A stretch of 64,000 nucleotides of DNA from an uncultured Gemmatimonadales bacterium (GTDB taxonomy: Bacteria; Gemmatimonadota; Gemmatimonadetes; Gemmatimonadales; GWC2-71-9), in NCBI GenBank assembly GCA_963828735.1, contig CAWHFW010000005.1, positions 1,152,001 to 1,216,000 of the forward strand, given 5' to 3'. A model generated the notes under the pieces. That model ran no database searches. It had not been told where the DNA came from and saw only the letters and a program-made list of their open reading frames with translations. This document shows positions 48,907 through 57,814 of the stretch, piece by piece. How positions within the stretch are numbered: the first letter of the stretch is position 1; each line of letters opens with the position of its first letter. The translations under genes were made by a program, and so were the position numbers.

Positions 48907-48967
48907 CGAAGCGAGGGATCTTCCTGACCGGTCTCCGAACCGGGCGGGAAGATCCCTCGTCGCTTCG
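48907..48967. repeat. REP-like inverted repeat
   Basis: CGAAGCGAGGGATCTTCC ... GGAAGATCCCTCGtcGCTTCG between convergent genes. Confidence 0.6.
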
Positions 48968-49062
48968 ATGACGGCTTCCGACGGCCGGCGCCCATCGCCC
49001 GCGCCGACTTCTCGGGGAGCATCGGGGGTTCGCGCGCACGCCTTCCCGAGCCCCCACATCGC

Positions 49063-49185
49063 CTACCCCCGCAGTGCCCGCTTCACCCGTCCCACCAGCG
49101 ACACCAGGTACCCCACCAGGATCACCGGGGCGACAATGTACGCGGCCAGCATGTACCCCGCGTTGTGAGGAGGCTCAGACAGCAT
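49063..49185 (-). CDS. ccmD: Heme exporter protein D-like small membrane protein (40 aa)
   Basis: MLSEPPHNAGYMLAAYIVAPVILVGYLVSLVGRVKRALRG*: Y..AAY, TM helix and basic tail; overlaps the ccmC end. Confidence 0.8.
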   Translation of the reverse strand: MLSEPPHNAGYMLAAYIVAPVILVGYLVSLVGRVKRALRG

Positions 49186-49873
49186 CGGTCGCCTCGTCTC
49201 GCGCGTCCTCGGCCAAGGCCAGGCCGTAGCGCAACGTCACCAGGCCGATGTACAGCAGGGTGAACACCAGCATCGAGATCAACAGCGTGCGCAGCATCTC
49301 GGGCGGGAGCGACGGCGCGCTCGGCTTGAGGACCACCGGTTGCGGATGGAGCGTCCGGAACAGATAGACGCTCAGATGAATGAAGGGCACGAGCAGCATG
49401 CCGAGAATGCCGACCACCGCGCTGAACCGAGCCCGCTCGGCCGGATCGTGCACCGAGGCGCGGAGGGCCAGGTAGCCGACGAAGAGGAAGAACAGGAACA
49501 GCGTCAGCGTGAGGCGGGCATCCCAGGTCCACCAGGTGCCCCAGATCGGCTTGGCCCAGATCGGCCCCGTCGTGAGCATGACGGCGCTGAATGCCACGCC
49601 GACCTCCGCCGAGGCGGCGGCGAACCGGTCCAGTCGCGGGTCATGCAGCCAGAGGTAGAGCGCGGAGGTGAGGCCCACCAGCATGAAGGCCATCAGCGCG
49701 CACCACGCGGCGGGCACGTGAAGATAGAAGATCTTCTGCGCCACGCCCTGGCGAGCCTCGATGGGCGTGTAGCGCAGCGCCAACACGTACACGCCCGCGA
49801 GTCCCACCAGGGCCGCCACGCTGATGCGGAGTCCGCGCCGCGTCAGCGCGCGCGCCGCTTCGGCCGTCGTCAT
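49175..49873 (-). CDS. ccmC: Heme exporter protein C
   Basis: IFYLHVP, TGPIWAKPIWGTWWTWDARLT (WWD motif), RTLHP. Confidence 0.95.
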   Translation of the reverse strand: MTTAEAARALTRRGLRISVAALVGLAGVYVLALRYTPIEARQGVAQKIFYLHVPAAWCALMAFMLVGLTSALYLWLHDPRLDRFAAASAEVGVAFSAVMLTTGPIWAKPIWGTWWTWDARLTLTLFLFFLFVGYLALRASVHDPAERARFSAVVGILGMLLVPFIHLSVYLFRTLHPQPVVLKPSAPSLPPEMLRTLLISMLVFTLLYIGLVTLRYGLALAEDARDEATDAV

Positions 49874-50551
49874 TCGTCCACCACCGCCGCGAAGGCCATC
49901 GTGCAGAGGGTCACGAACACCACGTCGTAGAGAGCAAGGAGTCTAAGCCATCCCAGCATCTCGCTCAACGGACGTCCGGCGAGCAGGCGCGAGGTGACCT
50001 GCACGGCGCCGATGAGCGGCGGCACCATGAACGGCAGCAGCAGCACCGGCAACATGAGCTCGGCGAACCGGGTGCGCACGGCCATCGCGCTGAAGATGGT
50101 GCCCACCGAGACGAAGCCAATGGTGGCCAGGGCCGTCACCCCGACGATGCCCGGAAGCGAGGCGCTCAGATCCACGTTGAAGAAGAGCACGAACAGTGGC
50201 AGCGTCACCGCCTCGACGGTGCCGACGAAGGCCAGATTGGCCAGCAGCTTGCCCAGGAACAGCGCGCCGCGCGGCACCGGCGCGAGCAGCAGGCCGTCCA
50301 GGGCGCCGTTCTCGCGCTCGATGGTGAAGGCGCGGTTGAGCGCGACCATCGCCGCCAGCGCGAAGGTCACCCACAGGACGCTCGGCGCCAGATCGGTCGC
50401 GGCCAGCGCCGTCGGGTCCCGCGCGAAGTTGAACACGACGAGGACGCAGGGCCGCGAAGACGACCGCCGACAGCAGCGCCGTGCGGCTCCGCAGCTCGGC
50501 CCGAATGTCCTTGCCCGCGATGGCGAGCGCGAGCCGGAGCGCGTCAGGCAC
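49870..50551 (-). pseudogene. ccmB: Heme exporter protein B, frameshifted (+1 near 50446)
   Basis: KDIRAELRSR..VFAAL in one frame, VLVVFNFA...ERENGALDGL...PVLLLP in the next; span 682 nt = 3n+1. Confidence 0.85.
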
Positions 50552-51263
50552 TGATCCACTCCCGGTAGCGCGGGAGAAACGCGGCGAGCGATCCCGCCCT
50601 GGCCTCGTCGCACACCCAGCGGCCGTCCACCATCACCGCGATGCGTGTCGCCAGGTCCCACACCTCCGCCAGATGGTGGGTGACGACCACGAGCCCCAGG
50701 CCCTCGTCGCGGCGCGCGCTCAGGTCCGCGCGCAGGCGATCGGCCGACGGCGCGTCGAGCGCCGTGAAGGGCTCGTCCAGCAGCAGCACCCGCGGGCCGT
50801 GAAGCAATGCCCGCGCGATGGCGGCCCGCTGAAGCAGGCCGCGGCTCAGCCTGCGCGGCAGGTCGCCCGCCCGCGCCTCGAGGCCGGCGGACTCGAGCGC
50901 GCGCCGGGCGGCGGCGGCGGGGCGTTCGAGCCCGTACAGCCGCGCGGCGAACGTGAGATTCTCCGCCAGCGTGAGGTCGTCGTAGAGGAGCGACTGGTGC
51001 GACAGCAGTCCGATTGCCCGTCGCGTCTCGGCGCTGCCGCCGGCGAGCGAACGCCCGAGCACGCGCACCTCGCCGGCAGCGGGTCGCATGAGCCCGGCGA
51101 GCACCCGCAGCAGCGTGCTCTTCCCCGCGCCGTTCGGACCCGCCACGGCCAGCACCTCGCCCGGGGCGAGGGTCAGCGTGATGTCGTTGAGGACGCGGAC
51201 GCGGCCGAAGGAGCGGCGGATGCCCCGGGCGGCAAGAAGAGGCTCGCCGTCATGAGACGGCAT
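50544..51263 (-). CDS. ccmA: Heme ABC exporter ATP-binding protein
   Basis: GPNGAGKST, LY.DLT..ENL, LSRG..QR, LLDEPFT.LD; upstream of ccmBC. Confidence 0.9.
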   Translation of the reverse strand: MPSHDGEPLLAARGIRRSFGRVRVLNDITLTLAPGEVLAVAGPNGAGKSTLLRVLAGLMRPAAGEVRVLGRSLAGGSAETRRAIGLLSHQSLLYDDLTLAENLTFAARLYGLERPAAAARRALESAGLEARAGDLPRRLSRGLLQRAAIARALLHGPRVLLLDEPFTALDAPSADRLRADLSARRDEGLGLVVVTHHLAEVWDLATRIAVMVDGRWVCDEARAGSLAAFLPRYREWISA

Positions 51264-51618
51264 CGATGCGCGCGCCGAGCTCGTCGAGACGGAAGGGTTT
51301 GACGATGTAACCGGAGTGGGGGAGATTGAGAACCTTGAGCTGGGGTTCGATGCTCATGTAGGCGGTGGTGATGATGACGGGAAGGTCCGGCTGGGTCAGG
51401 CGGATGCGCCGCAACAGCTCGACGCCGTCGGTATCCGGGAGCCGCATGTCGAGCACGGCCACGTCGGGGGGCTGCTGCTCGAGCAGCTCGAGCGCTTCGG
51501 CGCCGGTCGAAGCGAAGACCAGGTCGTAACGTGGCTGGAACGCGCGCTCGTAGCTCAGTCGCAACGCGGGCTCGTCCTCGACGATCAGGACGCGCCGGCG
51601 GCGCTTTCTCTGCGTCAT
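51250..51618 (-). CDS. Single-domain response regulator
   Basis: VLIVEDE, VLDMRLP (phospho-Asp), TTAY, KPF. Confidence 0.9.
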   Translation of the reverse strand: MTQRKRRRRVLIVEDEPALRLSYERAFQPRYDLVFASTGAEALELLEQQPPDVAVLDMRLPDTDGVELLRRIRLTQPDLPVIITTAYMSIEPQLKVLNLPHSGYIVKPFRLDELGARIDAVS

Positions 51619-51744
51619 GCCGCGTACTCCGCAAACCGGTGCCCAACGGCGACCGCTGAGTGATGGGGGCCAGCGGGATACCATAACCGGTTGCGGAGGA
51701 GCCGTCCATAGCACGAGGGCCCCGGGAGCAACCGGGGCACTCGC

Positions 51745-52059
51745 TCAGTCATAACTCGACTCGACGGAGAAGAGGTCGTAGAGCTTCGTCATGGTGAGGA
51801 GGAACCGGAGCTCCTCGCTCGGATTGCGGAGTATCACCGGCTGGCGTCGCTCGGCCGCGAGGCGCTGGATCAGCATGAGCGCGCCCAAGCCCGCCGAGTC
51901 GATTTCCTTGGTGTGTGTGAGATCGATGACCAGTCGGCCGGAGCCTTCGGGCATCTCCTCGAGCAGCTGTTCCGCCGCCTCGCGGATCGCGACACGTGTC
52001 TCCAGGCCGAGCGTCTCCGGCGCGGCCAGACCACGTTCCAACGCCTGCGGGGTCCTCAT
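51745..52059 (-). CDS. STAS domain protein (anti-sigma factor antagonist)
   Basis: LVIDL....IDSAGLGAL and L.MTKL..LF. Confidence 0.88.
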   Translation of the reverse strand: MRTPQALERGLAAPETLGLETRVAIREAAEQLLEEMPEGSGRLVIDLTHTKEIDSAGLGALMLIQRLAAERRQPVILRNPSEELRFLLTMTKLYDLFSVESSYD

Positions 52060-52200
52060 CCATCCTCCTTCGGCACCGAGCTATCTCACCATCGACCGGT
52101 GAGACCTCTAGTTTTGCGGCCCCGGATCACTCCGGGTGTGCTCTTATCGGGCGGATCGACGCCTTGCCGCAGGTCAGTTGCGGCTGCGCCCCCGAGAAAG

Positions 52201-52215
52201 GCGAGTCTGGTGCCA
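52201..52215 (-). promoter_or_regulatory. Putative sigma54 promoter
   Basis: Minus strand TGGCAC-CAGAC-TCGC with correct -24 GG / -12 GC spacing, pointing at the STAS gene. Confidence 0.55.
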
Positions 52216-52426
52216 AGCGCTCCAAGACTATGTCAGTTAATGGCTTACAGGTTGGTTCACAACACAAAGTGCGACCGGTTGCGCCGCACTCCGCGGCATT
52301 CTACCGCAAAAGAGACGTGAGGGTAAGAGGAGCGGTCGAGCACGCCGTCTGCGAGTCCTCCATTGCAGGGTCTTCGTCCCGCGTTCTGTCGTCACGCCTC
52401 GCGCGAAATCATGCAGTCGATGATGC

Positions 52427-54369
52427 TCAAAACTGAATCTGCGCGCCAAGCTCGACGACGCGATTCGGCGGCAAGCCGAAGAACGCCGTCGCGGAGCGCG
52501 CGTTCCTGGTCATCAGGATGAAAAGCTTCTTGCGCCAGAGCGACATGCGGCCGAAGCCGGCTCCATCGGACGCCGCGCCGGCCTTCGCGCCGGCCCGCGT
52601 CGCGATGAGCGTCTCCCGTCCCAGGTAGAAGCTGGTTTCCATCACCTTCACACTCACCGGCTTCCCATTCCCCCCTGAGCGGCCAAGCGCCTGCAGGACC
52701 GCCGGAACATCGGGTGTCTCCATGAACCCGTAGTGGGCGATCACTTGGTAGAACCCTTCGCCGAGCTCCTTGCAGGCCACCCGGTCGTCCTGGTCCACCT
52801 GCGGGATCTCCTCGGTCACCACGGACAGCAGCATCACCTTCTCGTGGAGCGTCTTGTTGTGCTTGAGATGATGCAGGAGCACCGGCGGAACACCGCCCGC
52901 ATCGGAGGTGAGGAAAACCGCCGTACCCGGAACCCGAGGCGGCTTCCGCGCTCGATGTCGGCGAGAAACAGGTCCATGGGCAGCGTATTCTCGCGCACGA
53001 TCGCGGCAAGGCGCGCCCGCCCGCGATTCCAGGTCGTCATGAGCGTATAGATGCCGAGAGCCACCACGAGCGGGAACCAGCCACCCTGTTGGATCTTGAC
53101 GAGGTTGGCGGCGAAGAACGCGCCGTCCACGGCGAGCAGCAGGCTGGTGAGCGCCCAGGATCGAGGGCCCGGCCAGCCCCAGAGGTCGCGCGCGACGGTG
53201 TGGAACAGCAGCGTCGTGATGATCATCGTGCCGGTGACCGCGACGCCGTAGGCGGCCGCCAGGTTGGTGGAGCTCTTGAATCCGATCACCAGCGCCAGGC
53301 ACCCGAGCCAGAGCGCCTGGTTCACCTCCGGGATGTAGATCTGGCCCATCTCCGTCTTGGAGGTGTGAATGATGGTGACCCGCGGACTGTAGCCGAGCTG
53401 CACCGCCTGTCGGGTCAGCGAGAAGGCGCCGGAGATGAGGGCCTGCGATGCGACGATCGCCGCCGCGGTGGACACCACGACCATCGGATACAGACCCCAC
53501 TCGGGCACGAGCGAGTAGAACGGATTGACCGCCGCCTCAGGGCGCTCGAGCAGCAGGGCCGACTGGCCGAAGTAGTTGAGCAGCAGGCAGGGCAGAACGA
53601 GCACGAACCAGGTCATCCGGATGGGCCGTTTCCCGAAATGGCCCATGTCGGCGTACAGCGCTTCGGCTCCCGTCATCACCAGGACGACCGACCCCAGGAC
53701 CAGGAAACCCTGGACTCCATCGCGGGCGAAGAGCTCGATGGCGTGCACCGGGTTGACCGCCGTCAAGATCGACGGGTTCATCGCGATGCCACGGAGGCCC
53801 AGCAGCGCGATGCTCGCGAACCAGACTGTCATGATGGGCCCGAACACCCGGCCGACACCCATCGTCCCTTGCCGCTGGAAGAGGAAGAGCACCGTGAGGA
53901 TCACCACGGCGAGGGGCCACACGAAGCGGTTGAAGGCGGGCGTGGCTACGCCGATCCCCTCGATGGCGCCCAGCACCGAGATCGCCGGCGTGATGACGCC
54001 GTCTCCGTACAGGAGCGCCGCGCCGAACAGTCCGAGGCTGATGAGGATGGCTCGCGCGCCCTTGGCTCGCGTCCGCGGGCGCACGAGGGCCAGCAGCGCG
54101 AGGATGCCGCCCTCGCCCCGATTGTCCGCCTGCAGCACGAAGGTGACGTACTTGAACGAGACCACGAAGTTGATCGACCAGAAGACCAGCGACATGACGC
54201 CGAGCACGTTCTCGCGGGTCGCCGGGATGCTGTGGTGTCCCGCGAAGCACTCCTTGAGCGCATAGAGCGGGCTGGTGCCGATGTCGCCATAGACGACGCC
54301 CAGAGCCGTGATGCACAACGCCAGGAGCGGGAGCCCCTTGGGAGGTACCTTGCCCGTCGCGGTGGACAC
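52427..54369 (-). pseudogene. kup: Potassium uptake protein Kup, frameshifted (-1 near 52948)
   Basis: GVVYGDIGTSPLY, ADMGHFG and GQIYIPEVN in frame A; KPPRVPGTAVFL, YGFMETP and VVELGAQI in frame B; span 1943 nt = 3n+2. Confidence 0.9.
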
Positions 54370-54821
54370 TAGCGCGTTCCGGCGACCGGCGCGGGTGCGG
54401 TCGCTCCGACCCGCTTGAGCTCGAGCAGCGACAGGATAAGGATGGTCACGATGATCGCCGCCGAGCCGACGCACCAGCGGCAGATGGCGTGGATGACGAA
54501 CAGCTCGAGGGACGTGAGATAGATGGTGAAGAGCACGCCCCCCGCGGCGAGCGCCGCGAGCGCGAGAGCGGGCTCCCGTCGCTCCGTGTAGGCCGGGCGG
54601 AGGGCGAGGAGGGCCACGAGCAGGAGCGCCGCGTAGCCGAGGAGGCCGATGAGCGCCACCTCCACACCGAGGAAGCGGCTCCACTCGCTTGTCTGAACGG
54701 TCTCGCAGCCCCCCGTACCGCAGGCCAGCGTGCCGATTCGACCAATCTTATAAAGGTAGAGGTAGGCCGACACGAAGAGCCCGAGCAGGCTCATGAGCGC
54801 CGCGCCCATTCGGTAGATCAT
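54369..54821 (-). CDS. Vitamin K epoxide reductase family protein
   Basis: C.TGGC..V..S.W and IHAICRWC (CxxC); 4 TM helices. Confidence 0.92.
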   Translation of the reverse strand: MIYRMGAALMSLLGLFVSAYLYLYKIGRIGTLACGTGGCETVQTSEWSRFLGVEVALIGLLGYAALLLVALLALRPAYTERREPALALAALAAGGVLFTIYLTSLELFVIHAICRWCVGSAAIIVTILILSLLELKRVGATAPAPVAGTR

Positions 54822-55504
54822 TTGGCGCCGGTGCGAGGAGCGAGCGAGTCGACCAGCCGGGTGATGGCGTCCGAGTCGAGCCGGCCCTGGTAGAGCCGAC
54901 CTCCGACGAGCAGCGTCGGCGTGGAGCTCACCCCCACGCGGGTTCCCTCGTCATAGCTGGCCTGAATGCGGCCCGCGTACTTGCCGGCGGACATGCACGC
55001 GTCGTACTTGGCAAGGTCCAGTCCGTTGCCCTGCGCGTAGCGACGGAAGATGCCGCCGGCGTCCCGAACCGCCGACCACTCCGACTGACCCTCGTAGATC
55101 TTCTCGTGCTGCTCCCAGTACTTGCCCTGCTCGTCGGCGCAGGCCGCCGAGTGGGCGGCGAGCCGGCTGAAGGGATGCTGCTGCAGCGGGAAGTCGCGGT
55201 ACCGCCACCGCAGTCGTCCCGTCTTGATGAGGCGCTCTTCGATCGTGGGCATCTGCAGGGTCGCGAACGTCTGGCAGAACGGGCACTGATAGTCCGCGTA
55301 CTCCGTGATCTCGACCGGTGCGTCCGCCGAGCCTTTCAGATACCCGTGAAAGCCGGCCGTATCGTTCGGCTGGACCACCACGTTCGCCGGGATGCTCACG
55401 GTGGCCGGCTTCGCGAGCTGATAGCCGAGGATACCGACGCCCACCACCGCCACCGCGGCAAGCAGTATGTAGAAGCGCTTCATTCCGACGGGCGATGCCG
55501 CCAT
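54818..55504 (-). CDS. DsbA family thiol-disulfide oxidoreductase
   Basis: EYADYQCPFC, RDFPL, GV.STPT; N-terminal TM. Confidence 0.92.
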   Translation of the reverse strand: MAASPVGMKRFYILLAAVAVVGVGILGYQLAKPATVSIPANVVVQPNDTAGFHGYLKGSADAPVEITEYADYQCPFCQTFATLQMPTIEERLIKTGRLRWRYRDFPLQQHPFSRLAAHSAACADEQGKYWEQHEKIYEGQSEWSAVRDAGGIFRRYAQGNGLDLAKYDACMSAGKYAGRIQASYDEGTRVGVSSTPTLLVGGRLYQGRLDSDAITRLVDSLAPRTGAK

Positions 55505-55785
55505 GGTTCCTCATCCTCCGGGTCGTCCGGGTGAAACGAGTCCTGTCGCTGCGCCTCGTCCACGATGCGCCGGCTGTCGGCGACCTCGGGCGTGTCGTAG
55601 GTGGAACGGACCTCGTAGTGGAACATCTCGCTGCGTGCGTCTCCCATCAGCCGGAGCAGCTCCGGAACCCCGCTGAGCAGGTGGCCCGACCGGTCCAGCT
55701 GCCGGATGCGCTCCGCCAGGGCGCGCAACATCTCGGCGAGCCGGTCGGCCCGCGCGTCGTCGTACACTTCCTCATGCTCTGCCAT
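55480..55785 (-). CDS. Hypothetical protein
   Basis: GAGG SD, helical acidic protein, overlaps the dsbA-like start. Confidence 0.65.
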   Translation of the reverse strand: MAEHEEVYDDARADRLAEMLRALAERIRQLDRSGHLLSGVPELLRLMGDARSEMFHYEVRSTYDTPEVADSRRIVDEAQRQDSFHPDDPEDEEPWRHRPSE

Positions 55786-55967
55786 GGCTACCTCGAGGAG
55801 CGGCGGACCCCTCGGTCAAGTTCATGTGAATGTTGCCGATAAACATAATCACCAGCGCCACGGCGGGGTGAAACCAAGGGGTTTGCACCAAAAGGTGCAA
55901 CCCGGTTAGATTCCGGTACGGGTTCGCCCGCGAATCACCCCCGGACTCGACGCTCAAAGGACGGTGC

Positions 55968-56234
55968 ATGAACAAGAAGAAGACCCCGCGTGACTCTGAG
56001 GCTGTGGCCTTCGCGCAGGCTCGAGACGAGATGTTCAGTCACGTACTCCGCTGCGGCGTCATCGACGCCCTCCCGGAGCACCAGAAGGACTGGTTCGACG
56101 ATACGATGCTCTACCTGGCCGATCGGTACGAAGACTTGAGTGAAGAAGAGCTGGCGCAGCTCCGCCAATTGGGCGAGCGGTTCTGCCAGCCGGTCCAGCG
56201 GAAGGTGGAGGCCGTCGAAAGCGGCGCAGCATAA
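55968..56234 (+). CDS. Hypothetical protein
   Basis: AAGGA SD, protein-like composition, followed by a terminator. Confidence 0.7.
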   Translation: MNKKKTPRDSEAVAFAQARDEMFSHVLRCGVIDALPEHQKDWFDDTMLYLADRYEDLSEEELAQLRQLGERFCQPVQRKVEAVESGAA

Positions 56235-56255
56235 CACAGCGGTGAGTCATGTCGC

Positions 56256-56294
56256 CGCCCCGATGCACGCACTGTGCATCGGGGCGTTTTGTTT
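56256..56294 (+). terminator. Intrinsic terminator
   Basis: CGCCCCGATGCAC-gcact-GTGCATCGGGGCG followed by TTTTGTTT. Confidence 0.85.
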
Positions 56295-56296
56295 GC

Positions 56297-56785
56297 TCAC
56301 TCGGCCAGCCACCCCGGTGGGAGCCGGCGCCACCGATATCCGAGCGCCAGACGCGCGCCGCCACCGATGCCCGCCTCGGCGAACCAGCCCGACGGCGATC
56401 CTGGCCGGCTCTCGATCCCGAGCGTCAGGACGACGTATCCCTGGTCCACGGGCCCACCGGCGACCGCAATCCCGCCCGCGCCATACAGTCCGACCCCGCT
56501 CCGTCGAGTGGGATTGAGGAGGAAATGCGCCAGCAGCTCGCCGCGCCACGCGGCGTCGCCATCGCTCACGCCCGCCGCGAGCGCGGCCGACACCCGTGTG
56601 CGGAGCGACGTCCGGAGCGCGCCGTAGGCCCCGGCGACGGCCACTGCTGGATCGGCCGTGGTGGCGATGCCCTGGACGCCCAGCTCGAGGACGCGCTGTG
56701 CCGCGGCCGCCGGCGCCAACGCGAGGCAGGCCGCCAGAATGCAGGCGCACGGGAGCGCTCGCCGGATCGAAAGGTGCGATGACAT
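56297..56785 (-). CDS. Secreted protein, small outer-membrane beta-barrel-like
   Basis: Signal peptide ending AAAA|Q; alternating Gly/aromatic strands (GLYGAGG, WFAEAGIG, LALGYRW). Confidence 0.6.
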   Translation of the reverse strand: MSSHLSIRRALPCACILAACLALAPAAAAQRVLELGVQGIATTADPAVAVAGAYGALRTSLRTRVSAALAAGVSDGDAAWRGELLAHFLLNPTRRSGVGLYGAGGIAVAGGPVDQGYVVLTLGIESRPGSPSGWFAEAGIGGGARLALGYRWRRLPPGWLAE

Positions 56786-56821
56786 GGTCGGGGTGCGCGA
56801 CTCGGCCGGCGGCTCGGAACC

Positions 56822-57232
56822 CTAGCTCAGCGTAAGCCCGCTCGTGATCGTGATGTCCGGCGCGAGCGAGTGCAGCACCGAGCAGTATTTCGTGATCGAG
56901 AGATCGATGGCGCGGCGCGCCTTGGCCTCGTCGATCCCGTCGCCGCGGATGTGGTACTCGAAGTGGAGCGCCGTGTAGCGGCGCGGCTCCTGCTCCCGAC
57001 GCACCCCGCTGGCCTCGATCCGGAACTCGTGCAGCGTCGCCCGCATCTTCTCGAGGATGACCACCACATCGGCCCCCGTGCAGGAGGCCGCGGCGAGCAG
57101 CAGCGTGAGCATGGGCCCGGGCGCGGTCGCGTTGTCACCGTCGACCGTCGTCTGCGGCCCGCCCACCTCGCCACCGCGGAAGATGAGCCGCTCCTGCCAG
57201 GCCAGGGAGACGCGCTTGGTCTCGATCGTCAT
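56822..57232 (-). CDS. OsmC family protein
   Basis: PM..LL.A.ASCTG.DV and LS..KYCSV. Confidence 0.92.
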   Translation of the reverse strand: MTIETKRVSLAWQERLIFRGGEVGGPQTTVDGDNATAPGPMLTLLLAAASCTGADVVVILEKMRATLHEFRIEASGVRREQEPRRYTALHFEYHIRGDGIDEAKARRAIDLSITKYCSVLHSLAPDITITSGLTLS

Positions 57233-57235
57233 CGC

Positions 57236-57796
57236 TCATTCGCCTCCGCCCACGCGGCGCTCGGCCTTCGGGGCCACCCGGTAGTAGTCCCAGATCGCGT
57301 ACAGCGCCACCGCCGCCGTCGCCCAGGCGAGCGGTCTCAGGTGCGGCGAGTCCGCCAGGAACGCGAGCAGCGTGAGGACCTGCGCCACGGTTACCGCCTT
57401 GCCGCCGGCCCTCGCCGGAATGGCGCGCGGCCGGTGCGAGACGAAGGTCGCGACGAACGCCACGGTCGCGACGATGTCGCGGAGCAGCACCCCCAGGATC
57501 TCGTACCACTCGAGCCGCCCGCTGAACGCCACCACGCCGAACGCCGAGGCCATGAAGAGCTTGTCGGCGACGGGATCGATCACCGTGCCGAGGGACGAGC
57601 TGCCGAACCGTCGCGCGAGCTGGCCGTCGAGGAGGTCGCTTGCCGCGGCAGCGGCCAGCAGGATGAGCCGCACGTCGTTGGCGACGAACGGAAACGCGAT
57701 CGCGAGCGGGATCCGCACCGCGCTCAGCAGGTCCGCGGTGGTCCAGCGCGCGCGACCTTGCTCGGCTTCCAGGCGCGGACTAGGTTCGGACGGCAT
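57236..57796 (-). CDS. CDP-alcohol phosphatidyltransferase (PgsA-like)
   Basis: SDLLDGQLARR....LG..IDPVADK, LRD, GKAVT..Q. Confidence 0.9.
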   Translation of the reverse strand: MPSEPSPRLEAEQGRARWTTADLLSAVRIPLAIAFPFVANDVRLILLAAAAASDLLDGQLARRFGSSSLGTVIDPVADKLFMASAFGVVAFSGRLEWYEILGVLLRDIVATVAFVATFVSHRPRAIPARAGGKAVTVAQVLTLLAFLADSPHLRPLAWATAAVALYAIWDYYRVAPKAERRVGGGE

Positions 57797-57814
57797 GGCC
57801 TGCAAGATACTCGC

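Noticed and set aside
50440..52955. Programmed frameshifting or phase variation in ccmB and kup
   Set aside because: No slippery heptamer, homopolymer or short tandem repeat at either site; a simple indel or sequencing error is more parsimonious.
55864..55886. Possible fifth copy of the 25-bp dyad (also a half-match near 8192)
   Set aside because: Only one arm matches, which is too weak to count.
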